Notes: generated by a model from the sequence alone, not told the origin. DNA of 64,000 bases from Candidatus Marinacidobacterales bacterium (GCA_965219415.1 CBDCNP010000002.1:2528001-2592000); one strand, 5' to 3'. Positions 21,860 to 33,072 are shown, numbered from the stretch's first letter. Translations and numbers: made by a program.

Positions 21860-23548
21860 CTAGCGGAACGGGAAAGAACGGAGAACTCCCAACCCTTCCA
21901 CGACGACGACCAACTCACCCGCCGGGAGGGGACCGAGGACTTCCTCGCCGGAGCCCGGCCAGTCGATGCGCAGGGTTTGGATCTTCGTTCGCTGGCCCAA
22001 GCCAATGTGCACGACCCGCTCGTTCTGGGACGCATAGCTCGAGCCCGCCAGGAGCTCGATCGTTGTGCGCTCGTCTTCTCCGAGGTCCAAGAACAACTTG
22101 GCGCCTACCGCGTCCCGGTTGGCAAGGCGCCCGATGAGCAGAAGGCGAAGCGAGTTGCCCGAGGGAGTCTCGTTCCAAAGAAGGTCCGGCCGATCACCGG
22201 AGTTCGTGAAAAGGAGATCCAGATCGCCGTCGCTTTCGAGGTCTGCTGCGGCAAGACCCCGGCTCACCTTGACCGGCTCGAAGCCCGGACCCGCCTCCGT
22301 GATCTCCTCGAAATGGCCATCACCCCGGTTCCAGAAGAGTTGATTCCGCTGGGGGTACGATGTGCCCTCGGTCAACTCCGCGGTATTGTCGTAAATGTGC
22401 CCATTCGCCACCACGAGGTCAACGAATCCGTCATTGTCCAAATCGGCGAAGGCAGTACCGAAGCCAAGAACGCGGAGCGACGGACGAGCCAGTCCCGCTA
22501 GGGCAGAAACATCGGTGAAAAACTGGTTCTCGCCGTTCCTGTAGAGAGTATTGAACTCTCCCTGGAAGTTCGTGACGAAGAGATCCATGTCCCCGTCGTG
22601 ATCGTAGTCGCCGATATCCACTCCCATTCCGGCTTGGGCCCGTCCATTCCCGCCGTAGGCCGTCCCCGATTCGAGACCCACCTCCGAAAAACGCATGCCC
22701 CCGTGGTTGCGAAAGAGAAAGTTGGCGACCGTATCATTGGCGACATAGAGATCGGTAAGACCATCCCCATCGTAGTCGAAGGCGACGACACCGAGTCCCT
22801 TGCCGTGAGATAATGCGACTCCCGCTTCTAGGCTCACATCCTCGAACGTCCCGTCGCCTCGATTGCGGTAGAGGGCATCGGGGAGACCCCGGAATAGGAC
22901 CGGACCACAGTAAGAGCGCAAGACCTTGCCGCCTTTGCGACTAGAACAGACGGGATTGTTGTCGAAGCTGAAGTTCAGGTAATTCGCAACGTAGAGGTCC
23001 AGGTTCCCATCCCCATCGAGATCCGACCAACTGGCGCTGACACCCCAAAGAGGGTTGACGAGACCAGCCGCCTCCGTCACGTCGGTGAAGCTCCCGTCGC
23101 CGTTGTTGCGAAAGAGCCGGTTGGGACCGAACTCGGTGACGTAGAGGTCGGGGTCCCCATCGTTATCGTAATCGGCGGCCGCGGCCCCCATGCCGTAGCC
23201 CTGGAAGTCCAGGCCAGAAAGAGCCGTCACCTGCGAGAAGCGTCCGGTGCCGTCGTTGCGGTACAGTGCACCGCCGACCGGGTTTGTCGGCTCGAAGCCG
23301 GGAAGCACGCCGCCATTTACCAAATACAGATCGGGATCCAGATCCCCGTCGTAGTCGAAGAAGATGGCTCCCGAGCCCAAGGTCTCCACCACGTACTTCT
23401 CTCCGGACGCGCCGGTGACGTGAAGGAAGTCGATGCCCGCAGCGGCCGTATGGTCGGTAAATCGGATTGTCGGGGATTCTTCCGAATGAGCTCCGGAAGG
23501 GGCGGCTAGCGTAATGGCCACGGTTAGTCGGAGCAACCATGGGCTCAT
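21860..23548 (-). CDS. CRTAC1/ASPIC-UnbV family FG-GAP repeat protein, secreted
   Basis: Repeated DYDxDGDxDLYV; NRDAVGA..SSYASQNERVVHIGLG; probable start MSPWLLRL. Confidence 0.9.
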   Translation of the reverse strand: MSPWLLRLTVAITLAAPSGAHSEESPTIRFTDHTAAAGIDFLHVTGASGEKYVVETLGSGAIFFDYDGDLDPDLYLVNGGVLPGFEPTNPVGGALYRNDGTGRFSQVTALSGLDFQGYGMGAAAADYDNDGDPDLYVTEFGPNRLFRNNGDGSFTDVTEAAGLVNPLWGVSASWSDLDGDGNLDLYVANYLNFSFDNNPVCSSRKGGKVLRSYCGPVLFRGLPDALYRNRGDGTFEDVSLEAGVALSHGKGLGVVAFDYDGDGLTDLYVANDTVANFLFRNHGGMRFSEVGLESGTAYGGNGRAQAGMGVDIGDYDHDGDMDLFVTNFQGEFNTLYRNGENQFFTDVSALAGLARPSLRVLGFGTAFADLDNDGFVDLVVANGHIYDNTAELTEGTSYPQRNQLFWNRGDGHFEEITEAGPGFEPVKVSRGLAAADLESDGDLDLLFTNSGDRPDLLWNETPSGNSLRLLLIGRLANRDAVGAKLFLDLGEDERTTIELLAGSSYASQNERVVHIGLGQRTKIQTLRIDWPGSGEEVLGPLPAGELVVVVEGLGVLRSFPFR

Positions 23549-24014
23549 TGCTTCCGGGGCTTCTGCCCCGAGGCTCGGGTCCTTCTCGAGTGCGCGCGTA
23601 CAGCTGCGACCGTTATTACTAGCACCGCCAGCATTATAGCGGCATTCATGCCCGCCCGCGCCTATCCAAAGATCGGACTTGAAGAGGTGGCAGCCTTTAG
23701 TATATAAGAATCGAAGTCGGGCTCGCGTATGCATCCGGATTTTTGGATTGCTCCTCCAAAGACCCGGATTGTGCTTAGGCGGCGTAGCCGTAAGCCTTTT
23801 GAATTCAATGCCGGCCTGTTGGCCCGCAGCTTGCGTACTGTGTGATGGGGGGTTGCCGTGATCCGACCTTTAGAGCAGAGCCCCAAGCCGGGAGACGCCG
23901 ACTGGGCAGCGATGGAGGTTGTTCAGCTGTTGCCGTACGTCTTCCCTTCCCCACCGGGAACCCCTTTCTGGAGTCAAAATGTAGTCAGACGAAATGTTCC
24001 TAGGGAGGAACTCT

Positions 24015-26792
24015 ATGTCAAGATTTATCTTTCTAACTCTCCTGGCGCTCCTTGCCGTCCCGCCGGCAGTTTTAGCCCAGTCCGAGTTCACGTCGGGGGG
24101 TATCGCCGGCACCGTCAAGGACGAGACGGGGGCGGTGATGCCAGGCGTCACCGTGATCCTCACCGGCGAGAAGGTTCAAGGCTCTCAAACTTTCGTAAGC
24201 ACGCCAAACGGGGCCTACCGATTTAGCGGCCTGGCGCCCGGCTCGGTCGACCTGGAATACTTAATGGATGGTTTCGCAACCCTGCATCGCCAGCAGATCG
24301 TCATCTCGGTGGGACAGACGGTCAATCTGAACGTCGTGCTCAAGCTCAGCGACGTGACCGAGACCGTCACCGTCATTGGCGAAACGCCCATCGTCGACAC
24401 GCGTTCCACCAAAATGGACACCATTTTGGATCAGGAGTGGGTCGAGAACGCTCCTACCTCACGCTTCGTCTTTTTCGACTACCTCAACCAGGCCCCCGGC
24501 GTCAGTCTGACGTCTTTCGGTGGTAGCGGCTCGAGTGTCATGGGCTCCGGGCGCGACGAGAACTCCTTTATGTTGGATGGGACCAACATCGTCGCCACCG
24601 CCTACGGTAACTCCTTTCCCTGGCCGGACATCGACGCCATCGAGGAGGTCGAGATCCTCTCCCTGGGCGCCCCCGCCGAATACCCTCACGCGGCTGGCGC
24701 CGTCTACAACATCGTGACCCGCTCGGGATCGAACGACTTCCACGGCGACGCCAACTTCTATTTCCAAACCGATGGCATGACGGGCCGGAATACCTCCGAC
24801 GAGGAGGACGACGGCTTGCCCTTCCGCCGGGACGGCTTCACGGACTTCACCGCCCAGCTGGGAGGACCCGTCGTCCACGATAAGCTCTGGTTCTTCGTCG
24901 GTTTCCAGCGCCAAGTTGACGCCCAGACGCAGCCTGGCTCGAGCGCCTCCCACGTGGTAAAGAAGCGCAATTGGATGGGGAAGGTCAACTACCAGGCAAA
25001 CGACGCGAACAAGATCAATTTCATGTGGCATCGTGACTATTTCGACCTCCCGGGTACGCCCACCGCCAACGATGGTCCCGGCACGGTGGGCAGTGAGACC
25101 GGGTATACTGACGCAATTAACCTGGGCTACACCAATATCATTTCCCAGAACACTTTGCTGGAAGCTCATTTCTCCGGCTTCTGGGCACCCGGTATCCTCC
25201 AGGTCATCGATGAATCAGGCAATCCGGATTCTAGCTTACCCATTGGAACGACTCGCTTCTACAACCTGGACACCGGCATGGTCACGGGTGGGGTCTGGGG
25301 ATGGTATGACTCCACGGCCTTCGAGACGGGTCTCAATGGGAAGCTGACTCATTACGCCGAGGACTTCCTGGGAGGAGACCACGAGTTCAAGTTCGGGGTG
25401 CAGTGGGAGCGTGGGGGTGTGGACGGGAGCGCCGCTTCAAACGACTATATCTTCACATACGACGTCGACGGGACCACCTATGCCTATGGCTACGATTACG
25501 AGCCTTACGCGTACTCGGGCATCCAGAGAGGCATCGGTTTTTGGTTCGACGACTCGTGGCAAGTCAACGACCGCCTCACTCTGAACTTGGGTTTGCGGTT
25601 CGACAACAAGCGTGCTTCGGTCAGCGACCTCGTCGTCACGGACGGCGATGGGAATCCCACGGGTGCGGAGTTTCCTGGCATCCCCAACGTTTTCACCTGG
25701 ACCCCCGTCTCTCCGAGGTTAGGCCTCAATTACCAGCTTACCGAAGACGGTAAGACGATCGTGAAGGCCCACTACGGTCGCTACTACCGCGCCATTGTCG
25801 GTTGTGAGTACTGTGTCTCCATCGGATCCTCGCCGAACAGAACCTTTTTCGGAGACTACGACGTGGGGACCGATACCTTCTTCAACACGGTGCTGGACGT
25901 CGTCCTACCCGGCGCTAACGGCGTAAGTCCGAACTACACGGACCCCCACACCGACCAGTTCATCGTCGGGGTTGACCGGGAGCTCGGGAACCGGCTCGCC
26001 CTCCAGGTGAACTACGCATACAAGCGGGGTCAGGACTATCCTGCCTGGCGAGACACTACCGGGGTGTATGAGCCGACCGTCTACATCGACAACCAGGGGG
26101 TAGACGCTACCGGCCAAGCTATCACTCTCCAACGGTTGGTCAGCGACCGGGCGCTGAGGGAATTCGAGATCGACAATGACGACAGACTGAAGACCAACAT
26201 CCATGCCTTGACGGTGCAAGTGGTAAAGAGGATGTCCGACAACTGGCAGACGAACACCTCCATTTCCTGGGTGAGGTCCAGAGGAGCCCTGCGCTCCTCA
26301 AACCAAGGGGCGCGCGGGGGTCAGAACACCGCGCTGACGTTCAATTCCTTCGGCAAGAACCCCAACGACTTCACCAACATCGACGGAATTCTGTCGGCAG
26401 AACGGCCGTGGATGTTCAAGTCGTCGTTCCTCTACCATTTCCCGCACGATTTCCTGGTGGCAGTGAACTACCTCGGTCAGAGCGGGAAAGCGTGGCCGCG
26501 CCAGATTCAGGTCAGCTCAGACGTTACGGGGATCCCCAGCCTAATCAATGTGGAGAAGAGAGACGGTAGCCGTCGCGTGGAGACCTGGCACAACCTCGAT
26601 GTCAGGCTCCAGAAGTTGTTCCAAATCGGCTCCCAGGCCAGAATCGGAGCATTTTTCGATTTCCTGAACGTTCTTAACACCGGCACCAACGAGGACGTTT
26701 TGAGTCGGCGTGGAGATAACTCCAGCTTCGGCGTACGGAGCAACTTCCTGCCCCCGCGACGAATCATGCTGGGGGCGAAGTTCAGCTTCTAG
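24015..26792 (+). CDS. TonB-dependent receptor (Oar-like, N-terminal carboxypeptidase-regulatory domain)
   Basis: Signal peptide; GTVKDETGAVMPGVTV; NIVTRSGSNDFHG; SPRLGLNY; C-terminal F; GGGAGG RBS. Confidence 0.93.
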   Translation: MSRFIFLTLLALLAVPPAVLAQSEFTSGGIAGTVKDETGAVMPGVTVILTGEKVQGSQTFVSTPNGAYRFSGLAPGSVDLEYLMDGFATLHRQQIVISVGQTVNLNVVLKLSDVTETVTVIGETPIVDTRSTKMDTILDQEWVENAPTSRFVFFDYLNQAPGVSLTSFGGSGSSVMGSGRDENSFMLDGTNIVATAYGNSFPWPDIDAIEEVEILSLGAPAEYPHAAGAVYNIVTRSGSNDFHGDANFYFQTDGMTGRNTSDEEDDGLPFRRDGFTDFTAQLGGPVVHDKLWFFVGFQRQVDAQTQPGSSASHVVKKRNWMGKVNYQANDANKINFMWHRDYFDLPGTPTANDGPGTVGSETGYTDAINLGYTNIISQNTLLEAHFSGFWAPGILQVIDESGNPDSSLPIGTTRFYNLDTGMVTGGVWGWYDSTAFETGLNGKLTHYAEDFLGGDHEFKFGVQWERGGVDGSAASNDYIFTYDVDGTTYAYGYDYEPYAYSGIQRGIGFWFDDSWQVNDRLTLNLGLRFDNKRASVSDLVVTDGDGNPTGAEFPGIPNVFTWTPVSPRLGLNYQLTEDGKTIVKAHYGRYYRAIVGCEYCVSIGSSPNRTFFGDYDVGTDTFFNTVLDVVLPGANGVSPNYTDPHTDQFIVGVDRELGNRLALQVNYAYKRGQDYPAWRDTTGVYEPTVYIDNQGVDATGQAITLQRLVSDRALREFEIDNDDRLKTNIHALTVQVVKRMSDNWQTNTSISWVRSRGALRSSNQGARGGQNTALTFNSFGKNPNDFTNIDGILSAERPWMFKSSFLYHFPHDFLVAVNYLGQSGKAWPRQIQVSSDVTGIPSLINVEKRDGSRRVETWHNLDVRLQKLFQIGSQARIGAFFDFLNVLNTGTNEDVLSRRGDNSSFGVRSNFLPPRRIMLGAKFSF

Positions 26793-26829
26793 AAGCCGCC
26801 CCGCCGCACGACAGCGACAAAACCACCTG

Positions 26830-26864
26830 GAGCCCCGGGGGAGCAGCCGGGGGCTCTTTTTTTT
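26830..26864 (+). terminator. Rho-independent terminator
   Basis: GAGCCCCGG...CCGGGGGCTC followed by T8. Confidence 0.85.
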
Positions 26865-26921
26865 CTTAAAGCCCCCCCATCGGGTGGTAGCGGAGGAGAA
26901 TTTGGGCGCATAATCACCGTC

Positions 26922-28505
26922 ATGGGCTCTTTGCCGAGCACGTTCTGCCTCATTTTGCTCTTGCTCCCGCTTGCCGCTTCTTCGCAAACCGCCAAGGAGC
27001 GGGGAGAGCTCCTAGAGGAACGAGGATGGGCAGCCCTTGGTCAGCAGCGTTACCGGGATGCGCTCGTCGCCTTCGATGAGCTCCTTTCCAGGGAGCCGGA
27101 CCGTGCCTCGGCCCATTACGGCAAGGGACTGGCGTTCACCGGTATTCTGAATTACTCGGCAGCCGCAGGCTCTTTCGAGAAAGCCGTTTCCCTGAAGCCC
27201 GATCTCGCAGATGCCTGGCGCCGACTGGTGGTGCTCTATTCCCAGCTTCAGCGCGACCCGAGTACGAAGCGTGCCTATGAGAAGGCCCGCCGGCTTGCCA
27301 AAGTGCCGGAGGAGGATCGGCTTAGCCTGGCCCGCGCTTTGAGAAAGACGAGTTGGATTGCGGAAGCCCGCGCCTTGCTCCATGAAGCTGAACCTCTAGG
27401 CGTAAATGAGCACTTCGAGCTCGGTCTACTCGCATTGGAGGAGGACGATTACGCGGGGGCGGCCGGACATCTCCAGACGGCGACGTCGGATCCCTCGCGC
27501 TCCACCGCCGATGCGGAGTATCAGTACGGGCGGACACTCGAAGCTCTCGGGAATACGGAGCAAGCCATCGAGCACTATCGGCGGGCCATGTCGAAAGATC
27601 CCCGGATGCGAAGCGCCCGTTTTCGCCTGGGGAATCTCTTGCTGCGGTCGGGAAGCCCCGAGCAAGGTCGGGCTCTGCTGCGAGGATACGAGGAGTTCCG
27701 GCAGTGGGATCGGAGGGTGGGGCTCCTACTCGCCATGGTTACCTCAGGAACGCTTTCCGAAGTTGTGGAGAGAGAAAAAACCCGTGAGCTCGTGGATCTA
27801 CTTCTCCAGGGTGGTGCTCTCGAGGACGCGGCCGTACTCATCGACTCGGCACTCGCCAAGAACCCCGACGACCGCGCTTTCCTAGTGGCCCACGCAAGAT
27901 GGCTCTTATCGTCGGGCCAGCCCGACGAGGCCCGGGCACTCGTGGAGCTACTCCTTTCCTTTCCAGACCCTCCCCCAGATGCACTTTGGCTTTCTGCCCG
28001 GCTCCATATTCTTCAGGGCGAGTCCCCGGAAGCGATCGAATCCTTCCGCCGCCTGCTCGCGATCGATCCCGATCCGCCGGCCGTCCTCCTGAAGGAGGTT
28101 GCCACCGCGTACGCCATGAACGCACAGACCGAGGAGGCGGCATCCTACTACCAGCGCGCCCTGGAAAAAGATCCCCTTCTGGCGGGAGCCCACGCCGGGC
28201 TCGGCTCGCTTCTGGAGTCCGCGGGGCGCTCGGAAGAAGCCGAGCGGCGCTATCGCCGCGCTCTCGAGATCAATCCTGATCTTCTTTCCGCACAACAACT
28301 GCTGGCCGAGCTTCTTCTGCGGAGAGGGGATGCTGAGGAAGCTGCCGACCTTTTGCGAAGGAGTGTAACTACCAACCCCACCGACGCGCTTCTCCGGCGC
28401 AACCTCGCCCAAGCGCTCCAGAGGCTCGGCAAGGAGACAGAAGCAGAAGCGGAGCTCGAGAAAGCTCGACAGATCGAGGCTTGGAAAAAGCCGCCGACCC
28501 AATGA
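26922..28505 (+). CDS. Secreted TPR-repeat protein
   Basis: Signal peptide; many TPR-like helices (A...YRRALE.DP). Confidence 0.85.
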   Translation: MGSLPSTFCLILLLLPLAASSQTAKERGELLEERGWAALGQQRYRDALVAFDELLSREPDRASAHYGKGLAFTGILNYSAAAGSFEKAVSLKPDLADAWRRLVVLYSQLQRDPSTKRAYEKARRLAKVPEEDRLSLARALRKTSWIAEARALLHEAEPLGVNEHFELGLLALEEDDYAGAAGHLQTATSDPSRSTADAEYQYGRTLEALGNTEQAIEHYRRAMSKDPRMRSARFRLGNLLLRSGSPEQGRALLRGYEEFRQWDRRVGLLLAMVTSGTLSEVVEREKTRELVDLLLQGGALEDAAVLIDSALAKNPDDRAFLVAHARWLLSSGQPDEARALVELLLSFPDPPPDALWLSARLHILQGESPEAIESFRRLLAIDPDPPAVLLKEVATAYAMNAQTEEAASYYQRALEKDPLLAGAHAGLGSLLESAGRSEEAERRYRRALEINPDLLSAQQLLAELLLRRGDAEEAADLLRRSVTTNPTDALLRRNLAQALQRLGKETEAEAELEKARQIEAWKKPPTQ

Positions 28506-28511
28506 GTCGGC

Positions 28512-31247
28512 TTACCTCTGAGTCGGCTGGGGCGCCTCTTTCTCTTCCTCCTTAGGTGCTTCGGGCTCGGGCGGTGGGCTCCAGAAATCAGCGCTGCCCA
28601 CGGCCTTGGCGGCATGCTCTCCGTGGAACAGGGCAGAGTTGAAGACGATGCGGAACGTGCCAAATGGTTGGCCCCGCCATTGTGGACGAAAGCCAAGCAG
28701 AACGACGTGGCCCTTTCCGTGGCGGACATCGAGCGCGGCGGCGAAACCGTTGATGTGCTCCTCACCCAACAAGTAGCCCGAGAGAAGGGGAGAGCCCGCT
28801 TCTTGGTACTTCGCTAACGCGGCCCCTTCGAAACCCTCGGTGGTGGTGAACACAGGGCTCCGACCCACGAAAACGCTGGCCCTACCCGGCATGCCTGCCA
28901 TCACCGGATGGACAGTATCAACCGCAACTTCTAGAAGGGAACCTCCCACATAGAAACTCTTGCTGTCGAGATCGGCCACGACATTCTTGACCGGCAGGTT
29001 GAGCTCCTTGACGGCGAAAGCGCTGCTCCGGTTGAAGCAAACCAGCGTCCCGCCCGCCTCGACGAACTCGCCGAGCGCACGGACGCCGCGGCTACCGATG
29101 CCGCCCGCATAGCGGGGTGGGACGGACCCAGGCTGGAAACCCTCCAAGATCGTCTTCGCGTCGACGTCGGCGAATAAGATTACGTCGAAGCGATCGCCTA
29201 GCGGACGTGAATGGAAATCAGCATCTCTCAGGTTCGTGAAATCGAAATCATATTGCTCGAGCAACCAGCGCGTCCATCCCTCGTCCATGCTCGCGCGCCA
29301 GGGCCGATAGAGTCCGATCCGTGGACGGGGTAAGGATGTACCGGAGGCACCGCTCCGCTCGGCCCGCAGATGCAGCTCGCGAGCAACCTGGTCGCTGAGG
29401 CCGGTGACCACGTAGCGACCATCGCGAAACCGCACCCGTCCGCCTTCGCGCCAAGCTCGATTGACGACACGAAAAGCATTGTTCTGCGCCGGGCTCAACG
29501 CCAGAGCCGCTCCCGAGCCGGTTACTTCTCCGGCCGGCGGAACGATGCCAGCCGCAACCGCATCGGTATCGAATCCTAAGCCGGGAGCGCTGTCGAACGG
29601 GGCGGCATCGATCTCGCGACTCGCCGGATCCACGTTATCTCGAAACGCCGGGCGCCAGTCGGCGACCTTCCCTTCAACGGGTTTCATCGCCGCCCGAACG
29701 TCATCCGACAACGGCGTCGTCACTTCGATCACCTCGACATCAAACTGATAGGGCAAGGTCCAGCCGGCGACATCATAAGGCTGCTCGGGCGGCGCGTCCT
29801 CGGAAGCACGCAGGTCGGGATAGCTCTGGATCTCCAGAACGTTCCGGGCAAGCTCGGCGAACTCTTGGTTCATCGGGATCACCCAAGTCCCTTCGGGGTA
29901 GGTGTTGCCCTCGATGCTAACCGGACTTTGCAGCTGATGAACCCTCACGCCGTTGAAAGCCAAACGCCGGAGCAGCTCGACCGGCGCGACCGGGTCCCTC
30001 TGTTGCTGCGGTATGAAATACGCGTACGGCGGATCGTTTGTATATTTACGAATGGTGTCCCGGCCGGCCTGATACCGGTTGTAAAGAACACGCTCCTTGT
30101 ACTTTGCGGCGAAGCCCAGGGTCGCATGCGAGGAGGTGAGTATGTACTCGACCGCATCCCGCAGACGCCACCAGCCACCCGGCCAGGGACTCGAGTATAG
30201 GGACTCGGGGCGTAGTTCTTTTCGATTGTCGGGGATGTCCCGGAGAGTATAGAAACCCGGCGTGGCGTACTGGAAGAGCGCGGTCTCGGTGAAGAAAGCG
30301 ACGGCGTTCTGAAGATTGGGCAGGTGATCGACGTAGCCCGGATACCAGACATCGAAGGTTTCCATGTGCGTCGCACCGACCTGGCCGCGCTCCTCCAGTG
30401 CCTGTGCGATCAGCATGCCCAAGGTGTTGACGGTCCGTGACATCACCGGATGGACCCGATTCGCGATCGGATCGGCATAGGGCGGCAGGAAGATCCGAGT
30501 CGGAAAGGGCGACGACTGATGTGGTATGTAGCGAATTTGTGGCTCCCAGTAGCGCCACGTCCGTTCGATGACCCGCGACTCGACCATGTTGAGCATATAG
30601 GCGTCACGATTGTTGTCGTGGCCGACATACTTCTGATAGAGCCACGGCATGCGCGAGGTCTCGTAGGGGGTGCCGACGTTGGGCTCATACCAATCCGCGA
30701 CGAGGGTCTGGCCGTCCGGATTGATGGACGGCCAAAGGAGCACGATGAGATTCTCGTGAATGGCCTGGATCTCGGGATCGTCGACCCCCGCCACCAGGTC
30801 ATATGCGAGCTCCATCGTGTGTTGGGCGTGAGCGACTTCACTTGCGTGCAGACCGCCGTCGATATGGATGATGGCCTTGCCCTCACGCGCGAGTTGCCGT
30901 GCTTCGTCATCGGTCAGCTCTGGCGGGCCTTGCGGGTGGGCCAGCTTCTGTGCGATCTCCCGGTGCCTCTCGACGTTGGCCAGGTTTTCGGGCGAGGAGA
31001 TGAGCGCCATGTACCAGGGGCGGTTGAAAGAGGTCCGCCCAATCTCGAGGAGTTGCATCCGGTCGCTAGCGGCGTCGAGCTGCCGGAAATAGCCGAGCGA
31101 GTCCTCGTAGGAAGCCAATTTGAAGTCGGCTCCCACTTGATACCCGAGCACCGACTCCGGTGTCGGCACGTCCGACTGCACGGCGAAGGAACTGGAGCAC
31201 CACGCTAGCCACAAGAAGGACGCAGTGAGAATCGGCACTTTCTTCAT
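28512..31247 (-). CDS. M14 zinc carboxypeptidase with C-terminal GATase-like domain
   Basis: GLHASE, NPDG, HDNNRD, DEGWTRWLLEQY. Confidence 0.92.
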   Translation of the reverse strand: MKKVPILTASFLWLAWCSSSFAVQSDVPTPESVLGYQVGADFKLASYEDSLGYFRQLDAASDRMQLLEIGRTSFNRPWYMALISSPENLANVERHREIAQKLAHPQGPPELTDDEARQLAREGKAIIHIDGGLHASEVAHAQHTMELAYDLVAGVDDPEIQAIHENLIVLLWPSINPDGQTLVADWYEPNVGTPYETSRMPWLYQKYVGHDNNRDAYMLNMVESRVIERTWRYWEPQIRYIPHQSSPFPTRIFLPPYADPIANRVHPVMSRTVNTLGMLIAQALEERGQVGATHMETFDVWYPGYVDHLPNLQNAVAFFTETALFQYATPGFYTLRDIPDNRKELRPESLYSSPWPGGWWRLRDAVEYILTSSHATLGFAAKYKERVLYNRYQAGRDTIRKYTNDPPYAYFIPQQQRDPVAPVELLRRLAFNGVRVHQLQSPVSIEGNTYPEGTWVIPMNQEFAELARNVLEIQSYPDLRASEDAPPEQPYDVAGWTLPYQFDVEVIEVTTPLSDDVRAAMKPVEGKVADWRPAFRDNVDPASREIDAAPFDSAPGLGFDTDAVAAGIVPPAGEVTGSGAALALSPAQNNAFRVVNRAWREGGRVRFRDGRYVVTGLSDQVARELHLRAERSGASGTSLPRPRIGLYRPWRASMDEGWTRWLLEQYDFDFTNLRDADFHSRPLGDRFDVILFADVDAKTILEGFQPGSVPPRYAGGIGSRGVRALGEFVEAGGTLVCFNRSSAFAVKELNLPVKNVVADLDSKSFYVGGSLLEVAVDTVHPVMAGMPGRASVFVGRSPVFTTTEGFEGAALAKYQEAGSPLLSGYLLGEEHINGFAAALDVRHGKGHVVLLGFRPQWRGQPFGTFRIVFNSALFHGEHAAKAVGSADFWSPPPEPEAPKEEEKEAPQPTQR

Positions 31248-31258
31248 CCTTGACTCCT

Positions 31259-32956
31259 TTAGTTCTCCGTAAGCAGCAGAAGTTTTCCGTCGAGCGCGCC
31301 ATTATATTCGCCGCTCTCGATGCCTATCTTTCCACCTACGATCACGGCCTCGGTCCCCCTGCTGTACTGACGCGCGTCCGTGTGAGTGCCGGTATCCTGA
31401 ACGGTCTCGGGGTCGAATATCACGAGATCGGCCTTGTATCCTTCGGCGAGCAAGCCCCGGTCCTTCAATTGGAGGAACTCGGCCGGAAGGGAAGTCATTT
31501 TCTTCACCGCATCCTCGAGCGTCAGAACCTTGTCTTCCCTGACGAATTTCCGGAGCACCCTGGCCTGACTGCCGAACGCGCGAGGGTGACCGATTACGGG
31601 GTCGTCGGTGTCTTTCGGAATTGGCAACGCATCGCCATCACTCGAGAACATCAGCCAATCTTCCTTCATCGCGTGCACCATGTCGTCTTCCGACATGACG
31701 CCGCAGGCGACGTACAGGTCGGGTTCCTCAAGTACGAGGTCTGCCGCGACATCGAACGGATCTCTCCCCTGTTCTGCCGCGATGTCAGAAAGGATTTTTC
31801 CGATTAACTGCGCATTCTTCTCCGCCACGACGACCAGATAACTATCCCAACCCGCCTGGGCCACCGAGCTCGGGTGTTGAGGGCTGCCGACCAGTACGGA
31901 CTGCCTTATCTGCTGGCGTTTCGACTCATCCGACAGGGCCTTTGCGAGCTCGGCGACATACTGTTCTCTGATAGACTTCTTCTCTGCGTCCTTCAGGTCC
32001 CGTTCGGACAACTTCTCTCTGAGCCCCGCGAACGGCTCCATATCGCTCGGAAGATGAAAAGGGGCCCAGCCGCGGTTTCTGGCGATCGGTATGATCCGTC
32101 CTCCCGACGCGTAGTGGTAGGGATACATGTCGGCGAAGATGTCGACTCCTCTTGCCCGGGCATCGTTGATGACGTCGACGACCTCTTTCATCATGCCCCA
32201 AGCGTTCTTGCGACACGCCTTGAGATGAGACGTAAGAACTCGCACATCGGCTTCCTCGGCGATGCGAATAGTCTCCCGGGTAGCCTCGGGGACACGATCG
32301 AACTCGTTGCGCTGGTGGCTGGCGTAGACTCCCCCGAACTCGCCCACGACTTTCGTCGTTTCGATGACCTCTTCGGTCGTCGAATAGCGGTCGGGGATAT
32401 ACTCCAAACCGGTGCTCATGCCCCAGGCGCCTTCTTTCATCGCCTGACGCAGAATGGACCGCATTTCCTCGATCTCTTCGGGTTTCGCCTCGCGCGGTTC
32501 GACTCCCATGACGGCGCGACGGAGGTCACCGAATCCAACCATGTGGACGGCGTTCGTTCCGATACCTCGTCCCTCCCAGTCGGCCTTGGTCTTCGCAATC
32601 TCGAACGTGCCATCTCCACAATTGCCGGTCAGCACCGTGGTCACGCCTTGATTCAAATAATTGAGGTTTGCGTTCGAGCCGGGCTTCCCGAGGCCACCAT
32701 CGCAATGAGTATGGGTATCGATGAACCCGGGAGAGACGACCAAACCCTCGGCATCGATGGTCTTGGCGGCGGTTTTCCCGGCCAGATCCCCTATCTCGAC
32801 GATGGTGTCTCCCATGATGCCGACATCGGCTCGAAACCCGGGACCTCCGGAACCATCCACTATCTGGCCGTTACTAATGAGGATGTCAAAATCTTCACCC
32901 GCGCTGGAACAACCGAAAAACGAGACCAAAATGAGAATTAGGCTGCGTTCAGGCAT
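31259..32956 (-). CDS. N-acyl-D-amino-acid deacylase family amidohydrolase, putative lipoprotein
   Basis: PGFIDTHTHCD, QGVTT..GNCG, SDG, HPRAFG; FFGC lipobox-like. The longer ORF start at 33607 overlaps another gene and was rejected. Confidence 0.88.
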   Translation of the reverse strand: MPERSLILILVSFFGCSSAGEDFDILISNGQIVDGSGGPGFRADVGIMGDTIVEIGDLAGKTAAKTIDAEGLVVSPGFIDTHTHCDGGLGKPGSNANLNYLNQGVTTVLTGNCGDGTFEIAKTKADWEGRGIGTNAVHMVGFGDLRRAVMGVEPREAKPEEIEEMRSILRQAMKEGAWGMSTGLEYIPDRYSTTEEVIETTKVVGEFGGVYASHQRNEFDRVPEATRETIRIAEEADVRVLTSHLKACRKNAWGMMKEVVDVINDARARGVDIFADMYPYHYASGGRIIPIARNRGWAPFHLPSDMEPFAGLREKLSERDLKDAEKKSIREQYVAELAKALSDESKRQQIRQSVLVGSPQHPSSVAQAGWDSYLVVVAEKNAQLIGKILSDIAAEQGRDPFDVAADLVLEEPDLYVACGVMSEDDMVHAMKEDWLMFSSDGDALPIPKDTDDPVIGHPRAFGSQARVLRKFVREDKVLTLEDAVKKMTSLPAEFLQLKDRGLLAEGYKADLVIFDPETVQDTGTHTDARQYSRGTEAVIVGGKIGIESGEYNGALDGKLLLLTEN

Positions 32957-33072
32957 GGCCTTCCCCCTTTGTGCCCGGAACTGTACCAACGGAAAGGTGA
33001 GCCGGCAAGGACAAGGCATCCCGCCCCGCACGCGGGACGATTCCCTCCGGAGTGTGTTACGCTCTCCGCGAA

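Noticed and set aside
23549-24014. Possible riboswitch in the long leader of the TonB receptor
   Set aside because: Some hairpins are present, but I could not recognise cobalamin, TPP or other conserved boxes; an Rfam scan is needed.
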